A DNA stretch of 64,000 bases from a virus. The stretch is taken from positions 1 to 64,000 of the IMG/VR virus record IMGVR_UViG_3300023109_002988. One strand, 5' to 3'. Made by a program: the position numbers and the translations under genes. Positions within the stretch are counted from its first letter, which is position 1. Each line of letters starts with the position of its first letter. The notes below the pieces were generated by a model, which had not been told where the DNA came from, did not search any database, and was given only the letters and a program-made list of their open reading frames with translations. Below are positions 30,490-42,400 of this stretch, one piece after another.

Positions 30490-33400
30490 ATGAGCCAAAG
30501 GATAACATTAAATAGCGCTAATTCAGCAATTATAATATCAGATTCCCCTGCTTTTAAAACTCAAAATGAGTCTAGTTTTGTTTTTGCTGGGGTGCAATCT
30601 TTATCTTATGGTTTTAACAACGTAAGAGCTGATACCAGCCAAATAGGTTCTCAAGCTTTTGATGATAAAAATATAATAAGGCAGCCAGATGTTAAATTGC
30701 AAATGAGCTACAGCTTTAGCCCCACTTTTGCCAATGAGGAACTAATGGGGTTAACTTATAACCTAGATGCTAAATCTAAATTTTCAGTTATTAAAGGTTT
30801 ATCTGATTCTTCTTATAATTTTTATGTTTACAATCATCCAGAGCAAGAGCAAGACGCTTTGGAATATATAAAAGATGGCGTATCTCCAAATGGAGGGGAA
30901 GTTGTTTCAATTGGCAATGCATATTTAACTAATTATAATATGACATTCACGCTAGGATCTATCCCAAGTGTAGATGTTGAATTCGATTGTTCTAATATAA
31001 AAACTGAAAATTATACATCTGCCTTTATAGAAAGTCCAGCCATAAATTTGGAATCTGGTAACAATATTGGAGTAGGGTCTATAAATATATTAGACACCAA
31101 TTATTACGAAAGATCAAAATTTGGAGATATTTATAATCTAGATAGAACAAGAATAGAGACCATATTACCTAAGGATATAAATTTTCAAATGGATAATTTA
31201 TCCATAGGAGGTCAAAAACTAGAACTAGAAAACCATAGAATAAACCAGTTTTCTATAAGTTTACCTATTAACAGATCAAATGCATATAAGCTTGGTTCTG
31301 ATTATGTGTGCAGTAGAAAACTAAATTACCCAATAGACGGAAGACTGTCTATATCATCTTTAGTTACTAATTTAGAGGCTGGATTTATAAGTGGACTTGT
31401 TAAGGGTGATCAGATATCAAATCTGAAAATTATATCTTCAGATTGCGAAAAGAAAGTGTCTTCCCAATTTTATTTCGAGGATATAAAGTTGGAAAATGTA
31501 GAATATCAAACACTGGTAAATGAACAGACAAACTATAATCTTGAGTTTTCATTTCAAATAACAGATGAAAAAGGATTTAAGACCGCAGTAACAGAGCAGG
31601 ATATAGATGCAACTAGGTTTATAGATGATGAAAATAAAGTTTATGAATACATTCAAGGGGATGTTATTGAGGGTTGGCAGTCTGGAGATTTGGGCGGCTA
31701 CAAAATAGCTTTTGCAGAAATTAAAAACTTCGACGTTTTGGAGGCTGCTTTTTCTGGATGCACAAATATAGATAAGCCTGTATTTTTGTCTCCGCAAATA
31801 AACGTTATTGAGGATGATGTTTTCCATGGATGCACAAACCTGCCTGATTTTTATTCCGATTCTGCTTGTAGAGTACAAGTTTTTGGGGAAAGGTCCTTTA
31901 AGAATTGTTCTTCTTTAGAAGAAATAGTTTTACCTATAAGTATAAAAGAAATAAAAGAAGAGTCTTTCATGGGTTGCTTTTCTGCTAAAGATTTATTTTT
32001 AGCGGATGTAGAAACCGTTGGTGAGAGAGCTTTTTATAATTGTTACGGACTTTCTGAGAATTTATATTTGCCGAATTCTTTGCTTACTCTAGGTGAAAGC
32101 GCTTTTGAAAATTGCAGCGGAATGGAGGGAGGCTTGTTTATAGGGGGATCTCTTACAAGAATAGAAGATAAAACCTTCAAGAATGCAAAACTTTTTTCTT
32201 TTGATCTAGAAATACCAGACAATATAACAAGCATAGGTCACGAAGCTTTTTATGGGTGCGATGGTTTTGATGGGGAGTTAATTTTAAGCTCTGAGCTATC
32301 AAAAATAGAATCTTACTCATTCTATGGATGCAGTTCTTTAACTGGTTATTTAAACATACCAGAAAATGTAATCGAAATAGAAGACTCCGCTTTTGAAAGC
32401 TGCTCTGGTTTTAATAAAGAAATATTACTGCCTGGAGTTGAAATAATAGGTGATAATGCTTTTTCTGGATGCTCCAGCTTAACTGGAAAAGTTAACTTTG
32501 CTTCTGGAATTTCAACTATAGGAGATAATGCATTTATGAATTGTAGTTCATTTGGATATGCTCTTAACATACCAAGCGGAATACAATCTATAGGAGATAG
32601 ATCATTCTCTGGTTGCGTAGGAATACAAGACGCGTATGTTAATTTTGCCGCAACCGTATTCCAGGGCCAAGATGCTTTTGCTGGCATAAAGGGATGCATG
32701 TATGTGACGCCTTTCCATTATAATGCTTACAAACAATTATCTGTAGATGGGTATTTCCAGGGAATGCCTGTTTGTTATGGGTCTATAGATACAATAGTTT
32801 TTGACGCTAATACAGCAGAAATAATAAAATTTAAAAGAGGTGATATACCTACTAATTGGTACTCTAATCAAAGCAGAGCTTCCTTGTTAGTGATAGGGTC
32901 GACCTGTAAAAATATAGAACCAGGAGCTTTTGATGGTAGTGATGGATTGGAGGGTCTTTTTGTTATTCCAGATGAACTTGAAACAATAGGTGATTTCGCT
33001 TTTAGAGGGTGTAATTTTGAAGGTGAGTTGTTAATACCAGATACTATAAAATATTTGGGAAGTGGAGCTTTCGAGGATTGCACTGGTTTTAATGATTTTC
33101 TATTGATAGGAGACGGTATAGATACCATAAAAGGCAAGACTTTTAAAAACTGCTCAAACATAAATAGTGATATAATCATAGGTAGTGAAATTATATCTAT
33201 CGAAGATGAGGCTTTTTATAATTGCACTGGTATATCTGGAGATATTTCTCTTGGATTCTCCGTGTCATACATTGGTGATTACGCTTTTTATAATTGCAAA
33301 AATGCGGTTGGGGATTTAGAAATACCAGAAGATGTTACTTATGTTGGAGATTTTGCTTTTTATAATTGTTCCAGCTTGGATGGAGACTTTATAACTGCAG

Positions 33401-36400
33401 AAGCAATAAGCATTGCTTATATAGGAAATTCTGCTTTTGAGGATTGTTCTTTAATGAGTGGCCCTCTTGTAATGCCAGCTTCTGTGACTTATATAGGAAG
33501 CGGCGCATTCAAAAACTGCAGAGGATTAAATTCAGAAATTGATTTGACTTTAACTCAGATAAATGAGATAAATTATCAATCATTTTTTGGTTGTTCTGGT
33601 CTTGTAGGATCATTGGTTATACCAGATTCTGTTCAGTACATAGGAGACGAAGCTTTTCTTGGGTGTTCATCTTTGAGCGAGAGTATTACAATAACAAATA
33701 TAGCAGCCAGAAATATAGGTAATAACGCTTTTGACTCACCAATACAATTCCAAGAATTAATAATTAGCGATTCTGTGGGTGAGGTACGTCAATATGAATT
33801 TGATTATTTTAAAAATGATCCTTTGTATTTGACAATGCAGGAAGGATTGACTGGAATTAATGAATACTCTTTTTCTAACTACGCTTTTATTGGTGATCTT
33901 GATATACCATTGACATTAAAGTATGTAGGGGATGCGGCTTTTTCTGGATGCGAGTTCGGGGGTACGTATATTTTTGAAGATTCCAATATTGAATATATTG
34001 GAGATTATGCATTTTACGATCTAGATTTAATTGACGGAAATATAATTGTTCCAAATGTAGACTATGTAGGAAAAGGAGCTTTCTTTAACAACTCTTCTAT
34101 TGACGGCTATATTACTTTTGGAGAAGTGATTTCAAGTATAGGGGAATATGCTTTCGCTAACTGCTCGAGCGCAATAGGTGATTTAACAATACCAGATAAT
34201 GTAAGCAATTTGGGGCAGTATGCATTTTTAAATTGTTCTTCTTTAAGTGGTACGCTGACCCTTCCTAATAATGAAGAGTTTAATATTATAAAAACTGGAA
34301 CTTTTAAAAATTGCTCTCTTTTAAGCGGAGATCTTTTGATTCACGATTATATATCTGGCATAGAACAAGAAGCATTTTTGGGTTGCAGTGGTCTTACTGG
34401 AGATATAACAATCACAGACGTTTGCGCTTCGACTTTGGTTGGATCAAATACATTTGACGACTCCCCCTTCTCTAGATTGATAATTAGTGATTCTGTAGTT
34501 CAGATAAATAATACTGAGTTTGATTACTTTGCATCAAGACAGATGGAAGTTGTATTTGGAAAAGGGTTGAGTGGAATTTTAGATGGAGCATTTGATAATT
34601 ACAATTTTGTAAGTGAATTAAACTTACCTTTATCGCTTACTGGTATCGGGGTAAGCGCTTTTGAGAATTGCAACGGTCTTTATGGTAATTTAATCATACC
34701 AAATAATGTCTCTGGAATAGGTGAGGACGCATTTAGATCATGCAGTAATCTTTCTGGCAATTTAATTTTGCCTAGTAGAATAGAGAATATTGGTGATGGA
34801 GCTTTTGTAGATTGTGTTAAATTAGATGGATATATAAGAATATCAGACCTAACAGCCTCTTCTATCTCATCTTACCCTAATGTTTTTGGAGGCACTAACT
34901 TCAAAGAGTTAAGGGCAACTTCATCAGATTTAATAATAGAAAATACAGAATTTGATTCTTTCAATGCTTTTGTAGGCGCGTTGCTTTTGGAGCCATCTGT
35001 ATTAGATGTAGGGCCATATGCATTTGTAGATAACTTCTCGTTTGCTGATACGTTAACAATAAGCGAGAATTCAGAAAGAATTGATGACTATGCATTTTCT
35101 GGTAATAGTTTTATTGGAGATCTTGATATAAATTCTGAATTCATAGGGTATGCTTCATTCGCAGATTGTAGTAGTTTCGACGGTAGGTTTACAATCAATA
35201 CTGCGACACTAAATGAAGTAGGTGATTACGCTTTTTATAACTGCTCTAATCTTAGTGGCGATTTAATAGTGGGTGAGGTTTTGAGTGGAATTGGAGAATA
35301 TTCATTTTCAAACATGAGCAGTTTGGATGGAGAGTTTGCTCTTTGTCAATTGCCTGAAGATTTTGATGGTCAGCTCTCCAAATACGAACCAACAATAGGT
35401 GAATCAGGGGTTCTTACATTTGAATTCGAAGAGTATGTAGAGACATCATTGAAGTATTTTGGTGACTATGCATTTGCAAACAATTCGAACCTATCTGGGA
35501 ACTTAGTAATACCAGATACAACTACATCTTGGGGAGAATATGCATTTTTAAACATGTCTTCCTTGGATGGATTCTTGATATTAGGAAGTGGAGTTAATAG
35601 TATACCAGAGGGAATATTTAAGAATTGCTCTGGTTTAAATTGTTATGATGGTTTATTTAAGATACCAGAAAATGTTTCATTTATAGGTGCTGAAGCTTTT
35701 TATAACTGTTCTTCTTTGGACTGCGTATTAAGGTTGAAGCCTGGGGTAACTACTTTAACGGACGCTTTCTTTGGAACTAACTTTGATAAGTTGTTAGTGC
35801 CATCAGGAACAGTTGCTATTTTGGATGGTGATTATGACGCACTTCAAAACCTCGATATAAAATTGGGATTTGAGTCTCCAGATTCAGCATTTAGAACATT
35901 GGGAGATCTTGCTTTTGATAATTATCAGCTAACAGGAACATTGGTTTTACCAGAGTCTACGGATTACATAGGGTCTTCTGGGTTTTTAAATTGCGACTTG
36001 CTAAGTGGATCATTTTCCGTTCCTTCTTCTGTAAAAGTTATAGGTAATAGTGCGTTTAGAAACTGTTCTGGTTTTGATGGAGAATTCTCGTTAGTTAATT
36101 TACCAAGTTCATATAATGGAGAAAGTGATTTAGATGTGGCTTTATCAGGCATAGGAGAATACGCTTTTGCAAATTGTCAAAATTGGACAGGGAACATAGT
36201 GATTCCAGATGGTGTTAATTACGGAAAGTACAGTTTCCTTAATAACAAATCTCTTGACGGGTTTTTGATTCTTAATCAAACTTTAGAAGTTATACCAGAA
36301 GGAGCCTTTAAGAACTGCGAACAAATAACTCGTTTTGAGGGTGAAACCTTCACGATACCAAGAGTTGTAACAACAATAGAAGATGAAGCTTTTTACAATT

Positions 36401-39400
36401 GCCAAAACTTGCTTGATAGCGATATTAAGATAGGAGCGGGACTAACAATAGGGGCAAACGCTTTCTTTGGTGAGGATTTTAACGATTTGATTGTCCCTAA
36501 TTATGAGGAAGTAATAATAGACGGAGACTACGAATATTTTAAAACTTTATCTATTGGACTAAAGTTCGAAAGTGTTTCTAGTGTTTCTGGTATAGGGGAT
36601 AGAACGTTTTTAGATTATAGATTGACAGGGTCTTTGAGTTTACCGCAATCATTGATAAGTATTGGATCTTCTGGATTTAAAAATTGCGACTTGCTAAGTG
36701 GATCATTTTCCGTTCCTTCTTCTGTGGAGGTTATAGGCGACAGCGCCTTTAGAAACTGTTCTGGTTTTGATGGAGAATTCTCATTAGTTGATTTACCGTT
36801 ACCTTATAATGGACAAAGTGATTTAGATGTGGCTTTGTCAGGAATAGGAGAATACGCTTTTGCGAATTGTGAAAATTGGACAGGAAATTTGGTAATTCCA
36901 GATGGAGCTACTTACGGAAAGTACAGTTTCCTTAATAACAAATCTCTTGACGGGTTTTTGATTCTTAATCAAACTTCAGAAGTTATACCAGAAGGAACCT
37001 TTAAGAACTGCGAACAAATAACTCGTTTTGAGGGTGAAACCTTCACGATACCAAGATCTGTAACAACAATAGGAGATGACGCTTTTTACAATTGCCAAAA
37101 CTTGCTTGATAGCGATATTAAGATAGGAGCGGGACTAACAATAGGGGCAAACGCTTTCTTTGGTGAGGATTTCGATGATTTGATTATTCCTAATTACGAG
37201 GAAGTAATAATAGATGGAGACTACGAATATTTTAAAACTTTATCTATTGGACTAAAGTTCGAAAGTGTTTCTAGTGTTTCTGGAATAGGAGATAAGGCGT
37301 TTTTAGATTATAGATTCACAGGGTCTTTGAGTTTACCGCAATCATTGAAAAGTGTTGGATCTTCTGGATTTAAAAATTGCGATCTGTTTAGCGGTGATTT
37401 GTTTTTACTTCGAACTGAAATAATAAAAGATAATGCTTTTGAGAATTGTTCTGGGTTTGATGGAGATTTATTTATTGGTTCGCCAACGGAAAGCATAGGA
37501 GTTAATGCTTTCACGAACTGTAGTAGTTTTAAAGGATCAATTGATCTACCAAACTCATGCACAACATTAGGAGAAGAAGCTTTTCTTAACTGCTCTGGAT
37601 TTGATAGTGTTATAGATGTAGGTAATGGTATAGAATATTTAGAAGACAGGACTTTTAAAAATTGTCAATCTGCTTCTGGTCATTTATATTTATCGGAAAA
37701 TGTTACTGGAATAGGTAATTCTGTCTTTGAGAATTGTTTTAAGTTAAATAGAAATGGAAACCTGCTTGAAATACCACGTTCTGTAGATTACATAGGAGAT
37801 AAAGCGTTCTTTAACTGTAATGATCTTCTTGTAGGAGAGCTTAGGATAAAAGGGTCTCTCGACATAGGAGTGGATGCTTTTGAGCCATTTAACTTTGGGA
37901 TACTAGGCGTTCCAGATTATCAGACTTACATCAACTCGGGAGATTATTCTTATTTTAAAGATAAGACTTTTCAGCTTAGTTTTGAAAACTATAATAGTTC
38001 ATACCTCGGAACAGAACATATAAGCGGAAAGGCTTTTTCTGGTTATAATCTAACTGGAACTTTAAACTTGCCAAGAAAGCTCCGAGAGATTGGCGATCAC
38101 GCTTTTGTTAATTCTACTGGTTTGTCAGGTGATCTTACTTTTTTAAGTCAATTAAGAATAATAGGAGATGGAGCTTTCCAAAATTGTTCTGGATTTGATG
38201 GAAAATTATTTATTGGTTCATCAATAGACAGCATAGGAGTTAATGCTTTTACTAACTGTAGTAGTTTCACAGGGTCAATTGATATACCTAATTCATGCAC
38301 AACATTAGGAGAAGAAGCTTTTCTTAACTGCTCTGGATTTGATGGGAATATAGATATAGGCAACGGCCTTAAATATTTAGAAGACAGGACTTTTAAAAAT
38401 TGTCAATCTGCTTCTGGAGTCTTGGATCTTCCACTTAATATCTCTGGTATAGGAAATTCTGTATTCGAGAAATGTTACAAATTAAAAAGCAAAATTACAG
38501 ACATCTTAGAAATACCACGTTATGTAGATTATATAGGAGACGAAGCCTTTTATCAATGCTTTAGTCTTCTTCAAGGAACACTGAGGATAAGAGGTGGTGT
38601 TGACATAGGGATAAATTCTTTTGAGCCATTTGGTTTTGAAAATTTGAGCGTTCCTGATTATCAGGTTTCTATAGATTCTGGAGATTACTTATATTTTAAA
38701 GATAAAGCTTTTCAGCTTACTTTTGAAAATAGTAATTCTTTAGCATGCAAAACAAGAGACATATATGAAAAAGCTTTTTCTGGATATAACTTATTTGGAA
38801 CATTAAATTTACCTATAGGACTTAAGGAGGTTGGTGATTATGCCTTTATTAATTCTACTGGTTTGACAGGTGATCTTTATCTTAATAAATATTTAGAAAC
38901 AGTGGGGGAAAGAGCTTTTGAAAACTGTTCTGGCTTTGATGGAGAATTCTCCTTAGCTCCTCTACCATATTGGTTTGAAGGAAGTCCAAATTTTGGTAAT
39001 ACTGTCCAGTTAGAAACCATAGGCGACTACGCTTTTGCTAACTGCGAGAACTGGTCTGGTAATTTAGTTATTCCAAATGGAGTATCTTATGGTGAATATT
39101 GTTTCTTGAATAATAGCTCCCTGAATGGTTTCTTGATATTAAATGAAACACTTAATAGGATACCAGAAGGAGCATTCAAAGACTGTTCTAAACTCACATG
39201 CTATAATGGAGTATTTAAAATACCAGAAGTTGTAAGTTTAATCGAAAGATACGCTTTCCAAAATTGTTCTGGTCTTGATTGTGACCTTCAAATAGGACCA
39301 GACGCCAGCATAGGAACACAAGCATTTGAAGGTACTGATTTCAAGGGCTTAGTTATACCTTCTTTTCTACAGGAGGTTCAATATCAAGATTATGATTATT

Positions 39401-42400
39401 TCAAACAAGATATAATAACTCTTAAATTTGAAAATTATAATTCACTATCTAATACTAGAAATATCGGAAGTGGAGCATTTGCTGATTATAATTTTAGTGG
39501 CGAATTAAATCTACCTATTTCATTAACAGGTATAGGTGATAATGCTTTTAATCAAAACGATTTACTTGAGGGTCCATTGAGTATACCATCTAACGTAAGG
39601 GAAATAGGATCTGGAGCTTTTGAAAATTGTAGTGGTTTTTATGGTGATTTCTCATTCCCTAAAACTGTAATAAGCATAGGGGCAAAAGCTTTTAAGAATT
39701 GCGAAAATTTAGTTGGTACGCCTGAATTTTTTATAACTACTGAAACTATAGGAGATGAAGCATTTGCTAATTGCCTTAGTTTAAATGGAACAATGGAACT
39801 ACCACCAAATATTACAAGTATTGGTAGTGGAGCTTTTCTTAATGCTATAGGCATAGATGGGGTTACAATAATTTCATTGCCAAGCGACGTATTTAAGGGT
39901 GAGAATGCTTTTTCTGGAGTTGGGGGTGTTCTAGAATTGTCTCCGTTAGTATATCAGGATTACTTGCAAAATAGTGATTTGATAAATGGGGACTATTATT
40001 TCCAGGGAATAAAGATAACTGGACAGATAACTGACGACACTGTGTTTTACATAAGTGTCGATTCGAACGAAAATAATAAGTACCAAGATCCTTTTGATGG
40101 TACATTGACATCACAAAACTTTCAATCTTACGCTATTCCAAACAACTGGAAAGAAGGGATACCAAATGACCCAAAATATGGTGGACTAGATTCACGAAAT
40201 CAAAATTGTTGGTTAGAAATAGGTGGTTTATGCGACAGTGTTACAACAGGAGCATTTAAAAATAGAAAATTCTTAAGAGGCGATGTCTTTTTCCCAAGTT
40301 CTGTAGACAGTATTGATGATGAGGCTTTCTTAAACTGCGAAAGGTTAGAAGGATTAACATTTGCTTCTTACGGATTGAGAGATATTGAAAATGATGCTTT
40401 TTATAATTGTAAACAAGTCACTAGCGATATAAATCTGCCAGAAACAATAGAAAATATAAAACCAGATGCTTTTAAGTATATGTATAGAGCTGGAAACCTA
40501 ATCTTGAATGGAACTTCATTAACTGGAATTAGCGGTGGAACTTTTCATAGTTTCGGAGATGCAGCTTTAAATAAAACATTTAAACTAAATGAGGGTCTGT
40601 TAAATATCGAAGCCCTTGGTTTTTATCAGGCTGGAGGGATAGGTGCTTCTTTAGAATTGCCAAGTACATTAGAGACCATTGGTTACCAAGCTTTTTACTC
40701 TTTCGGTGGGGCTACTAATACCCTTAATGCCCGTGGTGAATTAAAAGGTATTAATCAATCTTCATCTTTGTCGAATATAGAAAATAGAGCATTTGAAGAA
40801 TCAAACGTTACTGGTCATATAGTATTTCCAACGTCATTGCCACATATAAAATATAGGGCTTTTTACGGCTCGAAGATAACTAGCGTATCTGGATTTGATC
40901 ATATGGATTATATAGGTGAAAGCGCATTCGCTAGAGATACTAGAAACGCAACAAATCTTAGAATGGATAATTTAGTTATACCAGAAAAACCTTATTTGTC
41001 TAGGAGATGCTTTTCTAGCCATCAATATGTAAAATATATTACTCTTGAAGGACAAAGAGACGATTCAGATATAGACTGGCGAGGCCAACAATTCCATGGA
41101 TACAACAATGGTTACCTGTTCAGTGATCTGACAGGTTTTAACGCAAGTGGAACTAATTATTTTGCACATAGTATGTTCGGTTCTAACCACAACGTTATGA
41201 TTGAAGATAATTTCTCACCGAATTTGAGCGGTATTGACCAGAACGCTTTTTATTTTTGCAGTTATCGTGGTTTTTATAACGGCACTTCTCCATCTAGACC
41301 ACCTTCAATAATTAATTTGCCTAGCGGTGTTGTGTCAATTGACAATGGTGCTTTTCAAAATAATAAATGGACTAATCAATTAAATTTTTCAGGAGCTGAA
41401 TCTGGATTGATTATAGGTGATAATGCTTTTGAAAATTGTGGAACCGTTTGGCAATATGCCGCGTATAGTACATTTCGGGAATACGGCCCAAGAAATTATA
41501 ATAATATTTATTGGGGTCACGATGAGATAGACATAACTGGAGAATTTATTATTCCTAGCGGATTAAACTATTTGGGTAAAAGCGCTTTCAGAGGGATAAG
41601 AGGTAGAAATTTAGATATTATTTTTAGCGATGACTTTACTGGGAGTAGAACCGACCTGCAAATTATAAATGCTTATGATAATAATTATAGAGACAGAAAC
41701 ACGCTAGGGACAAAAGATTATTGTTTTTACGGTAGTCAGTTGAGAAAATTAAAATTATCTCAATCTATGGAAACTATTGATAATTACATGTTTTCATTTT
41801 TTACTATAATGGATCATAACAATTTTGATTCTCCGTTAGGAGTTAAGGAATTTGGAATAGAGTCTTTCATACGTTTTAATTGTGAGTCAGGGGATGGTAA
41901 GTTTACCTTTGAGTTCGGATCTGGATTGAACCGTTTAGGGAAAAAATCTTTTGCTACCTATGGTTTGCCAGAAGATCCCGTTTTTCAAGGAAAAGTAGTA
42001 CCAAATCATACTTACTCTGGAGAATATATAGAGCACAGATGTATAGAGGCGTTTGATTTCTCTAGAGTAAGTGGAGCTGTCGATTTTGAAGAAGCATGTT
42101 TTAGCAGAACATGGGCTGAAGGAACTATGACATTGCCAGAAGTTAATAGTCTTGGTCAAGGTGTATTTTTCGGAGCAAGTAGACTTGAGTCTGTTGTGTT
42201 CCAAAGCTCACCAAACTTAACAACCTTGGCTGATTCAACATTTTCAAATTTAGCTAAATTAACTGGAGTAATCTTTAATAATGAACTTACATCGATAGGT
42301 AGTAATGTTTTCGAAAGTTGCCCATCTTTAATTGACTTTGATATTTCTAATACAGATATAGTAAGTCTAGGTAGCGAAATGTTTAAAGATGCCTTTAATT

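Noticed and set aside
35971-38950. Near-identical repeats in a receptor-like gene as a DGR template/variable pair
   Set aside because: Both copies are in-frame and internal, the differences are not adenine-specific, and no reverse transcriptase is present in the window.
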